Positions 1 to 9,379 of a DNA stretch of 59,458 nt are shown in pieces. Every line of letters starts with the position of its first letter. The stretch's first letter is position 1. Source of the stretch: a virus (Duplodnaviria > Caudoviricetes); the IMG/VR virus record IMGVR_UViG_3300042542_000678, positions 1 through 59,458 of that record; one strand, given 5' to 3'. Made by a program: the position numbers and the translations under genes. The notes beneath the pieces were generated by a model, which saw nothing but the letters and a program-made list of their open reading frames with translations, did not search any database and was not told where the DNA came from.

Positions 1-110
1 GTTGTGCTTGCTGGAGCGTATGTCAGCGTGAAAGCAGTGGTAGTCCCGTCACCAGAAAACTGGTCAAACGGAAACGCTGCTGTGGTTGGCTCTGCGCCGA
101 TGTAGCTCAT
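1..110 (-). CDS. Tail fibre-type protein, N-terminal fragment (runs off left edge)
   Basis: ATG at 110 overlaps the stop of 107..1168; reads MSYIGAEPTTAAFPFDQFSGDGTTTAFTLTYAPAST, paralogous to the N-terminus of 1155..2480. Confidence 0.75.
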   Translation of the reverse strand, partial: MSYIGAEPTTAAFPFDQFSGDGTTTAFTLTYAPAST

Positions 111-1168
111 GCTGCCTCCAGTGCGGTGATGCGGGTTGTCAGGGCTGTAAGCTCAGCTTGCTGGGCAACTATAAGGGCTTGTTGCTCTTTAATCGCTGCA
201 ACTAAAAGGGGAATCACTTCGGTATAAGACACACCCAAATACTCTGTTCCATCTATCTCGCTTTTACCAATTGCTTCTGGCAAGACTTGCTGCACATCTT
301 GGGCAATTAAGAAGGGCCTTGGTGTCTTGTTTTTATCAGCAATAAAATTACCAATGACTGAGCGCAGGGCTGATACCTTGCTAATTGCATCTGCAATCGG
401 CACAAGGTTTTCTTTTAAGCGTTCATCAGAGTTTGATACCCATGATGTGCCTGCGTTTGCTAAGTAAACACCATTAGTCCCGACAGATGTGCTTCCACTA
501 CCCACATAAAAGTTACTGTCTGTACTGGATTTAAATCCTAAAGTTGCCTCAACTTGTGTGTCCTTGAACATGTACAAAGACAGCGCTGTATTTGCGGCGC
601 TTCTCAATTCAAGTTTGGCTTGCGTTGTTCTTGCCGATGTAGCTCCTACCAGAACAATGCCGCTGGAGTCGATACGAGCGCGTTCTGCGCCGTTAGTCTG
701 AAAAGTCATTGCAGCGTTAGACTGCTGAATTAACTCAACATTTCCACTATTACCAATTTTGTTGATGTAGAAATAATCACCCCCACCAAAGTTTGCACCA
801 TCCGCATCTAACCAAACTTGGGCAAGGCGACTTCCAGCCGTTGCGCTTGAGGTGGCATTAAAGCCGCCACCCGCATTATTTGCAGCGGTTGCATCGCCCG
901 TCCGAAATAATCCTATGCCTAGACCGCCAGTTCCTGCTACAGCCTCAAATTTTACTGTTGGTGTAGTCGTACCAACTCCCACAAAACCCGCCGAGTCAAT
1001 CCGCATAGCCTCCGCACCACCTTCAGCAAAAGCTATGGTGTCAGCCGCAGGGAAGAAGATGCCGGTGTTGGTGTCGCCGGTAGTCGTGATGGCTGGGGCC
1101 GCTGCTGAACCCGCCGGTACGGTCAAAGGAGCGGTCAGGCTGTCGCTGTCTATTTTACTGAGTGGCAT
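107..1168 (-). CDS. Tail fibre/spike with C-terminal intramolecular chaperone (peptidase S74-like)
   Basis: ERMRIDS.G.VG.GTT-type repeats; SDERLKEN motif followed by AQDVQQVLPEA...Y..VIPLLVAAIKEQQ coiled coil. Confidence 0.85.
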   Translation of the reverse strand: MPLSKIDSDSLTAPLTVPAGSAAAPAITTTGDTNTGIFFPAADTIAFAEGGAEAMRIDSAGFVGVGTTTPTVKFEAVAGTGGLGIGLFRTGDATAANNAGGGFNATSSATAGSRLAQVWLDADGANFGGGDYFYINKIGNSGNVELIQQSNAAMTFQTNGAERARIDSSGIVLVGATSARTTQAKLELRSAANTALSLYMFKDTQVEATLGFKSSTDSNFYVGSGSTSVGTNGVYLANAGTSWVSNSDERLKENLVPIADAISKVSALRSVIGNFIADKNKTPRPFLIAQDVQQVLPEAIGKSEIDGTEYLGVSYTEVIPLLVAAIKEQQALIVAQQAELTALTTRITALEAA

Positions 1169-2480
1169 TGTTGTTCTCCAGTGCGGTGATGCGGGTTGTC
1201 AGGGCTGTGATGAGGGCTTGTTGCTCTTTGATGGCGGCGACCAAAAGCGGGATGGTGTCGGTGTACGAGACTCCAAGGTACTGCTCTTCGCTTTTCTTGT
1301 CTGCAACGCTGACGGCTTCTGGCAAGACTGCTTGCACATCTTGGGCAATCAGGAACGGATGCCGTTTTTCCTCGGGTTCGTAGTTGTAGCGACCAATTAC
1401 TGTACGCAGTTGGCAAACTTTGGTGATGGCATCCGTAATAGGCTCAATGATTGTTTTTAGACGCTCATCTGAAGCCGATGTCCATGAAGTACCACGGTCA
1501 TTGAGGTACACGCCCCCTGTCAAAGCAGTGGTAAGCGAACTTGCCCCTTGAATATAAAAGTCGTTGCCGTTATCAGAGCAAAAGAAGCCGTAACCTCTTG
1601 TGCCATCTATCATTGTGATGCCGCCGCCAAAAGAACCCGTTGTTGTCAAAGCGGCAGTAGTGTCCCAGCCAGCCCCCGTATCAAAACTACCGTTAGAAGT
1701 TATTTTTCCGTATGCAGTTGTAGTCCCCACCAGCAAGTTACCGCTGGAGTCGATACGCATACGCTCTGTGCCGTCATTGGTAAATGTAATATTGCTGGCA
1801 ATACTATTGGCGGTATCCGCTTCAATATTTAGAGAATCACTAGACCAAGAAATCTTGTGGACTGCATCCGTAGGATTAGCACTTCTGCCGTATCCCATAG
1901 TAATTGCATTGAAATTTCCTGTTATTCCGGGTCGAATATCAAGTCCAGATTCTGGAGACGATTTACCAATTCCAAAATATCCACTGCTGTTAACAAACAC
2001 TCTCCCTGAACCACCAGTGCTGACAGCTACTGCGTCAGCCGCAGGGAAGAAGATGCCGGTGTTGGTGTCGCCTGTGGTGGTGATGGCTGGTAATGCCGCT
2101 GAACCCGCCGCAAAGGTTGTAACGCCCGTTACAGCTAGGGTCGTTGCAGCCAGCGTTGTAGCCGTCAGGTTCGTAGCCGTCACCGTGTTAAACGTAGCCG
2201 AAGTGCCAGACGGAATAGCCAAGCTCAGGTTGGTCGTGCTCAAGTACCTCACATACACATTGCTCGTACCCGATGATGGCGCTGCTGAGAATGTCAGGGT
2301 TGTGCCCGACACAGAATAGCCACTGGGAATCTGTTCGACATTGTTGACGATCACCTCGATGTCATTGACCGAGTTGACTGCCCTGCTCAGGGTGAAGTTG
2401 ACAGTTGTCCCATCCCCGTTGAAGTAGTCCGTCCCAGCAATGAAGCTCTGGGTTGTCGGTGTGGAGCCTATATAAGACAT
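1155..2480 (-). CDS. Tail fibre/spike with C-terminal intramolecular chaperone (peptidase S74-like)
   Basis: MSYIG N-terminal module, GDTNTGIFFPAAD, ERMRIDSSG, SDERLK...AQDVQAVLPEA motif. Confidence 0.85.
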   Translation of the reverse strand: MSYIGSTPTTQSFIAGTDYFNGDGTTVNFTLSRAVNSVNDIEVIVNNVEQIPSGYSVSGTTLTFSAAPSSGTSNVYVRYLSTTNLSLAIPSGTSATFNTVTATNLTATTLAATTLAVTGVTTFAAGSAALPAITTTGDTNTGIFFPAADAVAVSTGGSGRVFVNSSGYFGIGKSSPESGLDIRPGITGNFNAITMGYGRSANPTDAVHKISWSSDSLNIEADTANSIASNITFTNDGTERMRIDSSGNLLVGTTTAYGKITSNGSFDTGAGWDTTAALTTTGSFGGGITMIDGTRGYGFFCSDNGNDFYIQGASSLTTALTGGVYLNDRGTSWTSASDERLKTIIEPITDAITKVCQLRTVIGRYNYEPEEKRHPFLIAQDVQAVLPEAVSVADKKSEEQYLGVSYTDTIPLLVAAIKEQQALITALTTRITALENNNATQ

Positions 2481-2806
2481 TAAGCAATCTCCAGCAGTGA
2501 GCAGACTGCATCAGCAGACGTAGCCGCCGAAGTCACAACCAGCAAGACATCAGCCGCCTCAAGCACCACCTTCTGGTCGCCACCTACTATGACCAGCGAA
2601 CCCCCTACAGGAACCACGCCCGACTTAATCAGGTAGTAGTTAACCGCGCTGGAGGTGATGTACGCATCACAGGTGATGGGAGACGCCGAAGTGTTGGCTA
2701 TCGAGAACCCGATGATGGTGGTCTGCGTAGCCGATGGGCATGTGTAGACCGTAGCAGCAGATGTGCCCACGTTCTTGCTCAGGAAGTTTTTAAAAGTATT
2801 AGCCAT
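2480..2806 (-). CDS. Small virion/tail fibre-associated beta-rich protein
   Basis: 108 aa, coupled to fibre genes; resembles 16363..16698 (VYT.PS...I..I.N motif). Confidence 0.6.
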   Translation of the reverse strand: MANTFKNFLSKNVGTSAATVYTCPSATQTTIIGFSIANTSASPITCDAYITSSAVNYYLIKSGVVPVGGSLVIVGGDQKVVLEAADVLLVVTSAATSADAVCSLLEIA

Positions 2807-2819
2807 AATTTATCCTATT

Positions 2820-5063
2820 TTATCCTAACGCAATTGCCAAAGCAACAGCGGTTCCAGCGGGGTCCACTTGCAAACTAATCTGAGCATTAGCCACTGTTGA
2901 AGCGTTAGTGCCACCATTAGCAATAGCCACTATACCAGTTACATTAGCAGCCGTCCCTGTAGTGTTCTGATTCCATGTTGGAACAGTTCCAGTTAAACCG
3001 CTATAATCAACATTGGTTGCTGTAGCAGCAGTACCTGTAGTGTTCTGATTAAATGTAGGAAATGTAAAAGTGCCGGTGCTAAAGTTTCCAGATGTTGGAG
3101 TTCCAAGCGCTGGAGTAATTAGCGTAGGGCTAGTAGACATAACCACATCACCAGTACCAGTTATACCATTACTTACAAGGGCTTTTGTACCATCTGTAAA
3201 CACTGCCCTAGATGCAGTTAACGATGATAGCACAGGAGCGCTACTAAGTGTTTTTACACCAGCAACAGTTTGATTATTAACAACGTCTACGAAGTTAGCA
3301 GCTGTTAAAGTTGCCTGTGTCCAAGCACTGCCTGTCCACAAATACAATTCATTGCTTGTGCTATTCCAATATAACGCACCAACCAGCAAAGTGTTGCCAT
3401 CATTATCTACCGATGGAGCAGAAGCTTTTGGTCCAAGATAACGATCATCAAAGCTGTCGTAGCTGGCAGCAGCAGAAGTGGCGCTAGCAGAAGCATTGCT
3501 AGCAGAAGTAGAGGCATTGCTAGCTGAAGTGGCAGCGTTACTGGCAGAGGTGGCAGCGGCAGCGGCAGAAGCAGCAGCAGATGTTGTCGAGCCAAACAAC
3601 ACATCAATGTAGTTCTTTGTAGCAGCATCTTGTGCCAGCGTTGGGTCACCCATTCCAGTGATCTTGCTGGTACCCATTGCAATAGCACCAGACATTGTGC
3701 CGCCAGACAGTGACAACTTCAGCGCATCGGCAGTGTCAACATATACTTTAGTGGCAGCGTCTTGATTTGCTGAAGGATCACCCATACCAGTGATCTTGCT
3801 GGTACCCATAGCAATTGCACCCGACATTGTGCCACCAGCTAAGTTGAGTTTTAACGCATCAGCGGTGTCAACATATGTCTTAGTGGCTGCGTCTTGCGCC
3901 AGCGTTGGATCACCCATACCAGTGATCTTGTTAGTCCCCATAGCAATGGCACCAGACATAGTGCCGCCAGCAAGTGCCAGCTTAGCGGCAATAGAATTGG
4001 TTACAGTAGTGGAAAAGCTAGCGTCATCACCAAGAGCAGCAGCAAGTTCATCTAGTGTGTCTAACGCTCCGGGAGCAGCAGCTACTAAGTTGCTGATAGA
4101 AGTATCTACATATGTTTTAGTCGCAGCGTCTTGTGCAAGTGTCGGATCACCTAGTCCAGTGATCTTGCTTGTACCCATTGCAATGACACCAGACATGGTG
4201 CCACCACTAAGGTTTAGTTTTAATGCGTCAGCAGTGTCAACATATCCCTTGGTAGCAGCATCTCCGGTATTGGTGGGTGATGTAAGATTGGTAATGGTGG
4301 CAGCAGTGCCAGCATCCATATTCAAACCACCGTTGATGGTGACATCGTTAAATGTAGAAGTGCCGCTAGAAGCTGTTACATTACCAGTAAGATTACCAGT
4401 GACATTGCCGACAACAGCACCAGTGTGCGTACCGGCTGTATTACCAGTGACAGCACCAGTAAGACCACCAACAAAACCTGTACTGGCTGTAATAGTTGTA
4501 CCAGTAATTGCTTGAGCAGAAGAGCCACCAATCACTGCACCATCAATCGTACCAGCATTGATATCAGCAGACGCAATAACTGCTGCTGTGTTGACTGTCA
4601 AGTTAGTAACTGTAGCAGCAACAGGTGTTGTAGCTCCGATAACAGTGTTGTCAATAGTACCTGCATTGATGTCAGCAGTGTCAGCAACAAGACTATCAAT
4701 GTTTGCTGTGCCATCAATGTACAGGTCTTTAAACTCAAGAGCAGCAGTGCCAAGATCAATATCGTTATCTGTGACAGGAACAATGGCACCGTCTTGAACG
4801 CGCACTTGCTCAACAGCAGCAGCGGCAACTTCAACAAATACACCAACACGATTGTTGGCAGTGTCTACAGCAACTTTGTTAAGAGCGTCAGAGTCTGCAA
4901 TCAGGGTGACATAGTTACCCTCAGTGGCGCTGCCATCATGGCGGTGACCACTAGCAAGCAGGAAGGCATCACGCAACGCATTGAGTTCGTTATTGATTGG
5001 TGCTGCTCGTACAACGGCTGTTGGCACGATGTCGGCAGCAGATTGTCTTTGATATCCAGCCAA
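2820..5063 (-). CDS. Proximal tail fibre protein with internal repeats
   Basis: Follows tail tubular genes; DAATKxYVD repeats, APGALDTLDELAAALGDD motif, Ala/Ser-rich segment. Confidence 0.8.
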   Translation of the reverse strand: MAGYQRQSAADIVPTAVVRAAPINNELNALRDAFLLASGHRHDGSATEGNYVTLIADSDALNKVAVDTANNRVGVFVEVAAAAVEQVRVQDGAIVPVTDNDIDLGTAALEFKDLYIDGTANIDSLVADTADINAGTIDNTVIGATTPVAATVTNLTVNTAAVIASADINAGTIDGAVIGGSSAQAITGTTITASTGFVGGLTGAVTGNTAGTHTGAVVGNVTGNLTGNVTASSGTSTFNDVTINGGLNMDAGTAATITNLTSPTNTGDAATKGYVDTADALKLNLSGGTMSGVIAMGTSKITGLGDPTLAQDAATKTYVDTSISNLVAAAPGALDTLDELAAALGDDASFSTTVTNSIAAKLALAGGTMSGAIAMGTNKITGMGDPTLAQDAATKTYVDTADALKLNLAGGTMSGAIAMGTSKITGMGDPSANQDAATKVYVDTADALKLSLSGGTMSGAIAMGTSKITGMGDPTLAQDAATKNYIDVLFGSTTSAAASAAAAATSASNAATSASNASTSASNASASATSAAASYDSFDDRYLGPKASAPSVDNDGNTLLVGALYWNSTSNELYLWTGSAWTQATLTAANFVDVVNNQTVAGVKTLSSAPVLSSLTASRAVFTDGTKALVSNGITGTGDVVMSTSPTLITPALGTPTSGNFSTGTFTFPTFNQNTTGTAATATNVDYSGLTGTVPTWNQNTTGTAANVTGIVAIANGGTNASTVANAQISLQVDPAGTAVALAIALG
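3615..4270 (-). repeat. 44-aa (132 nt) tandem repeats inside the tail fibre
   Basis: GATCTTG anchor recurs at 3660, 3792, 3924 and 4161; unit ALKLNLAGGTMSGAIAMGTSKITGMGDPSANQDAATKVYVDTAD. Confidence 0.9.
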
Positions 5064-5065
5064 GA

Positions 5066-6622
5066 TTATCTCCTGTCGTTAAATGAAAAGTTCAAGACCA
5101 TACCTTGAATGTTATGACTGGCATTTGTATCAAACGTAACATACTTAAATGAAACAGAGAAACCAGAACCTGAAATGTTTGTCTTCACCACTGGTGAAGG
5201 GTTGCCATCGTATATAACACCACTATCGTACACAGCAGTATTATAATACGCTGCTGCACCAGCCGTTGTTATAGCATAGTTTGAGGGATTAAAAACATTA
5301 ACGCTGTCTTCAAAGTCATAAGATACAGAAAAAACAATGTTAGTACTTCCTTCACTACGCAAGAATGTAGTTATATTGTAGAAGTTCTTGCGGATAGTGG
5401 GGTCTTCAAAGTAGAAATATGGAGTTTGATAGATGCTAAGAATTTCACGAGTATCAAAGTTGCTGCCAGTTTCTTGCTTATAAACCTTGCCATTAGATGC
5501 GCCATGAATAATAATTTCATTAAAACCAATGTAGCCACTGGTAGCGCATGACACCACCATGTCAAACAACAAGCTATATTCAAAGCCAGAGCCACGATCT
5601 GTTTTACGAATGCCACCAAGAAATCCAAACAAGCCTTCAGTTGGTAACATAAACCGAAACTGACTCTTCTTATTTAGCACGATCATGCTAACTGTCTCAG
5701 TGTCGATGCTACCTGCAACTAGTTCATCTACAATCGAAACAACAGTACTTTGTACCTGTTTAGAAATAGTCTCAAGTTCAATGTCACCAATACGAGCAGT
5801 GCCAGAGATTGGTCTAAATCCGTCATGGCTAAGAAATATTAAGTTACCAGCAATCTCAACAACACTATCAGAAGCAACACAACCAAGGTTGCTAGTAACT
5901 TCTTCAATCTTAAAGTCTGCAATACTTGTTCCAGAAAGACGATTGATTGCATTCTTACCGAAGATGTACAGCGAATCACGAAAGCTTTTAATTTGTACAA
6001 TTGGAAAACCAACATTAATAACACCAGCACCATTGGCTGGAGTAAAGTCTGTCTCAGCCAGCGGTGCAGAGAAATATAAGTTGTAAGGGTCAGTTGTATC
6101 ACCAGCTAGAAATAAATGATTAGCAAAATGCGTTACAAACTTAGGCTTTGCCGGTGCTGGTGAAGCAAGCTGTGTATAGGTTGTACCATCATAGACAGCA
6201 GCACGATTGATACCATCTGCCAGCACCATCTTATCGGTACCCCAAGACAGGTTCTCAAAACGAACCTTCTTGACACCAACCATTGTTGGACTACCAGCAA
6301 GGGTAATGGCGACCCATGCAGACGTAGAAGTATTCCAGCGATAGAAATAATCAGTCGATGGAGATGTGGGCTTACGGCAAGCAAATATCCCATTGTTAAG
6401 ATTCTCAGAGATGTTTACACCAAGTACAGAACCTTCGCCGGGAACTGTGCCATATGTATTTGTATAGCCACTAATGCGGCGATATCCACCAGTAATAGAT
6501 GGCTCATAATTAACAAGCTGAAGACCGCTGCCGGGATACAACTCTCCCTGCGCTAACATGTCCTTGTTGGTATCTAAGCCACCTTGACAGCTTACTTTAT
6601 ATGCCTGAATCTTATCAGCCAT
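5066..6622 (-). CDS. Tail tubular/nozzle protein (beta-propeller-like)
   Basis: 518 aa beta-rich protein directly after the adaptor gene; podovirus synteny. Confidence 0.7.
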   Translation of the reverse strand: MADKIQAYKVSCQGGLDTNKDMLAQGELYPGSGLQLVNYEPSITGGYRRISGYTNTYGTVPGEGSVLGVNISENLNNGIFACRKPTSPSTDYFYRWNTSTSAWVAITLAGSPTMVGVKKVRFENLSWGTDKMVLADGINRAAVYDGTTYTQLASPAPAKPKFVTHFANHLFLAGDTTDPYNLYFSAPLAETDFTPANGAGVINVGFPIVQIKSFRDSLYIFGKNAINRLSGTSIADFKIEEVTSNLGCVASDSVVEIAGNLIFLSHDGFRPISGTARIGDIELETISKQVQSTVVSIVDELVAGSIDTETVSMIVLNKKSQFRFMLPTEGLFGFLGGIRKTDRGSGFEYSLLFDMVVSCATSGYIGFNEIIIHGASNGKVYKQETGSNFDTREILSIYQTPYFYFEDPTIRKNFYNITTFLRSEGSTNIVFSVSYDFEDSVNVFNPSNYAITTAGAAAYYNTAVYDSGVIYDGNPSPVVKTNISGSGFSVSFKYVTFDTNASHNIQGMVLNFSFNDRR

Positions 6623-7331
6623 TCATCACCCTAGTGGAAAGAGTTGGCCTAGTCAGCATAGCAGATCGCACCGATAGCGGCTCATCCATGAGCAGCCTTC
6701 GCATTGTCTTAACGCCTTGTTCAAACTTATCTTTGTGAATAGAAGCGCTTTGCTCATTACTGCGAAACAGCATCATGAACATCATAGCGCCATCAATAAT
6801 TACATTGTTGAAACGCTCTGGAATAATACATACATCAGAGAACAAAGAAAGAGAAGTTGGAAAGCTCCAGTATTTGTACTCAATAATATATGCTAAGTTT
6901 GGAGGTGGAGATACAATAAACTTATTCTCTTTAGTCTGGCTAACTATTCTAGGTGGTCCATATCCACCAGTGCCAGAAGATTCGTCTTTACCACGATATT
7001 CTTCAATGTATTGTGTATATGAAATAACTTCTAGATTGCCGGGTTCATTACTATTATTTAGCTGCTTAAGATAGAAGGTTTGCCAATCAACACTGTTCAA
7101 GGTTGCTGGAAAAGAATATGTTGCCTCACCAACAGTGAGGGTTTGTGGATATGTAACTAGTGTGAACGGCCATTCCTGTGCGGAATGCAACAGTTCCCTT
7201 ACGGATGAATTGATAGAGTCTTTAGCAAGAGCTTGGACATTACGGGAAGCGGCAAAGTTTGTAGAGTCAAGCTCTACTTCATTTAAGCGCCGTAGCAATT
7301 CATTCGTAAGGGCAAGGTAGGTTGATGACAT
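6615..7331 (-). CDS. Head-tail adaptor / tail tubular protein A
   Basis: TYLALTNELLRRLNE N-terminus, W.F motif, IPERF motif; position after capsid genes. Confidence 0.75.
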   Translation of the reverse strand: MSSTYLALTNELLRRLNEVELDSTNFAASRNVQALAKDSINSSVRELLHSAQEWPFTLVTYPQTLTVGEATYSFPATLNSVDWQTFYLKQLNNSNEPGNLEVISYTQYIEEYRGKDESSGTGGYGPPRIVSQTKENKFIVSPPPNLAYIIEYKYWSFPTSLSLFSDVCIIPERFNNVIIDGAMMFMMLFRSNEQSASIHKDKFEQGVKTMRRLLMDEPLSVRSAMLTRPTLSTRVMNG

Positions 7332-7347
7332 ATTAGCTTTGTTAAAA

Positions 7348-7376
7348 CAGAAAAGAAGAGGGCCAAAGCCCTCTTC
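7348..7376 (-). terminator. Intrinsic terminator after capsid decoration gene
   Basis: - strand GAAGAGGGC-TTTG-GCCCTCTTC followed by TTTTCTG. Confidence 0.8.
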
Positions 7377-7390
7377 CTAGTTACTAGCTA

Positions 7391-7882
7391 TTAAGCCAGT
7401 TGGTCGCGGTCAACTTCATCGGTTGCAGGACGGCCATCAACATTCATCAACACAGCCCACACACGAGCAACACCAGAAGTAGGTGCAGTGGTAGCAGTGG
7501 CGATCAACAAGTCAATAGTGTCAGCAGTAGCGCCAATCACGACAGGCTGGAAAGCAGCAGCGTTCTGTGCATAATCACCAGCGGCAGCAGCGTCAGCATC
7601 AAAACCATCAACGAATACATCAGCGTCAACACCAGTGATACCCAAATCGAAAGTGGTGTCGCTTGACTCACCAGCGAGGAGCGTAGTGATTTCGATACCA
7701 GCATTCAAGATGACAGTATTGACGGGAACAGAGATGCACTCAATCACATCAGCAGCAGCCAAGGCAGAACCTTTAGCGGTTGCAGCAGTGGCAAAGTTAA
7801 TAGTTTTATCAACCAGATAAGGCACGGAGCCAGCGGTGCGACCAGCAGTCGCGCCACCAGCAAGAGTTGTAACAGTAGCCAT
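7391..7882 (-). CDS. Capsid decoration / minor capsid protein
   Basis: 163 aa Ala/Thr-rich beta protein immediately downstream of the MCP. Confidence 0.6.
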   Translation of the reverse strand: MATVTTLAGGATAGRTAGSVPYLVDKTINFATAATAKGSALAAADVIECISVPVNTVILNAGIEITTLLAGESSDTTFDLGITGVDADVFVDGFDADAAAAGDYAQNAAAFQPVVIGATADTIDLLIATATTAPTSGVARVWAVLMNVDGRPATDEVDRDQLA

Positions 7883-7910
7883 TTTAAATTTCCTTTATGT
7901 GTAAATATAT

Positions 7911-7942
7911 AAACGGGGAAGCCTTGTGAGCCTCCCCTGTTT
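7911..7942 (-). terminator. Intrinsic terminator after major capsid gene
   Basis: - strand GGGGAGGC-TCACAAG-GCTTCCCC followed by GTTTATATATTT. Confidence 0.7.
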
Positions 7943-7944
7943 CA

Positions 7945-9015
7945 TCAAGCCACGTTGTACTTGGCAGTCACGATGCCTTCAGGACGAAGGATTTTGCGAC
8001 CATAGAGGTGCATACCGCGAACAATGTCAGCGAAGCTGTCAGGGTCACGATAGCTCTCGGTCTTGGTGATCTGCTGAGCAGTTGCAACAGCGCTGTCATG
8101 ACCGGCAACCATAACACCATAGTTGGAGTTCTGGTTAGCGGAGCCAGCGGTGCCGGGACCAGTACCAACTTTTGGCAGGTTGTTTGACACATACACACGG
8201 AAGCCGTGCAGATTGTTGATGACCAAACCGTTTTGCAGACCAGAACCACCAAAGTCGCCATTCAGAAGACGGCTGTCTTCGTCTTTTAGCATCTCGATAA
8301 AGGTTGGGTCAACAACAACCCAGCGACCTTGCGTGTCAACAAACTGTTGATCAAGCAAACGACCCATGCGCGAAATCACCATCAATGGCGAAGCTGTAGC
8401 AGTGGGAAGAGCGGTAGCGCCGGGAAGGCGTGGAGCCAAAGGAATCGAATGATCACCAGCAGAAGCTGTGGTGATGTTGCCAAAGCTGCTCTTGATCAAC
8501 TTCATTGTAGTCAACAGTTCGTCTGAACCGGCAGTGCTGACGGCTTTAGTACCGGAAGCGGCAGTACGAGCAGTGTCAGCATTTGCATGCTTAGCAGACT
8601 GTTGGAAGCCGGTCAGATAGCCAAGAACGTCTTGGTCATACTGGTCGCGCAGACGATAGGCGGCACGGTCAGAAGCCATCTGCATGAAATTCACATGCGA
8701 ATGAGCAGCTTCGATGTCATCAATCTTGAATGCGTAGTAGTTAGCTTGGTCAACAACCAGCGAGAAATCTTCGTCATCGAGATCTTGAGCGGTGATCTGA
8801 GTACCACGAGCATAGGCTTGCACCGACACTTCAGGTTCTTTGATGATCTTAACGCTATCGCCCATTGCGGCGATCTCACCGAAGTAGTCACTGTTAGTGA
8901 TGTCTTCAACGGTAGATGCTTTACGGAAAGCGAGTTGTACTTGTTTGCTATAAATTACAGCAGAGAAATTACCATTGGGTAAATTGCCGTAACCGGAAGC
9001 TGATGGAAAAGCCAT
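7945..9015 (-). CDS. Major capsid protein
   Basis: GNLPNGNFS.VIYSKQVQLAFRK N-terminus and DPDSFADIVRGMHLYGRKILRPE C-terminus; strong SD (AGGAG); portal-scaffold-MCP synteny. Confidence 0.92.
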   Translation of the reverse strand: MAFPSASGYGNLPNGNFSAVIYSKQVQLAFRKASTVEDITNSDYFGEIAAMGDSVKIIKEPEVSVQAYARGTQITAQDLDDEDFSLVVDQANYYAFKIDDIEAAHSHVNFMQMASDRAAYRLRDQYDQDVLGYLTGFQQSAKHANADTARTAASGTKAVSTAGSDELLTTMKLIKSSFGNITTASAGDHSIPLAPRLPGATALPTATASPLMVISRMGRLLDQQFVDTQGRWVVVDPTFIEMLKDEDSRLLNGDFGGSGLQNGLVINNLHGFRVYVSNNLPKVGTGPGTAGSANQNSNYGVMVAGHDSAVATAQQITKTESYRDPDSFADIVRGMHLYGRKILRPEGIVTAKYNVA

Positions 9016-9246
9016 TTTTAAATCTCCTATAGATATATTGGCATATATTTAAATACGCTGAACATACATACAGAGGCTGGCGTTAATGGGTGTATGTAGA
9101 GTGTTGAGTGCCCCCTCATCTACATAGGCCATCAAAACTTCAGGTAGTTCTGACAGTGCTATTTGCGTTACAGTTTGATCTTTAGTACAGGTTGCAAGCA
9201 AGTACTTAAGATACAAAGCAAAGCTACTCATGTAGCCTTGCTAAAA

Positions 9247-9276
9247 GTTATATCACTAAACTTAGGAAGTTGTCAA
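9247..9276 (-). promoter_or_regulatory. Sigma70-like promoter for the capsid gene
   Basis: TTGACA (9276-9271), 18 nt spacer ending TGa, TATAAC. Confidence 0.6.
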
Positions 9277-9288
9277 GCGATCTTAATT

Positions 9289-9364
9289 TGGTTGCGGAGG
9301 AGGGATTCGAACCCCCGATTCTTGGCTTATGAGGCCAAGCGGATGACCACTTCCATACTCCGCG
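9289..9364 (-). tRNA. tRNA-Met(CAT), initiator-like
   Basis: 76-nt cloverleaf: CGCGGAG/CTCCGCA acceptor (C1:A72 mismatch), TTGGC-CTCATAA-GCCAA anticodon arm, GGGGG-TTCGAAT-CCCTC T arm, encoded CCA. Confidence 0.92.
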
Positions 9365-9379
9365 CCATTAATTATTAAG

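Noticed and set aside
107-2480. Diversity-generating retroelement acting on fibres
   Set aside because: No reverse transcriptase ORF seen, and repeat differences are not adenine-specific
852-5108. Long + strand ORFs (852..1460, 1600..2319, 3790..4515, 4425..5108)
   Set aside because: Antisense shadows of Ala/Thr/Gly-rich fibre genes; no motifs or RBS
9163-9378. + strand ORF containing RRDSNPR
   Set aside because: Antisense translation of the tRNA-Met gene; the same applies to 19381..19737 over tRNA-Trp
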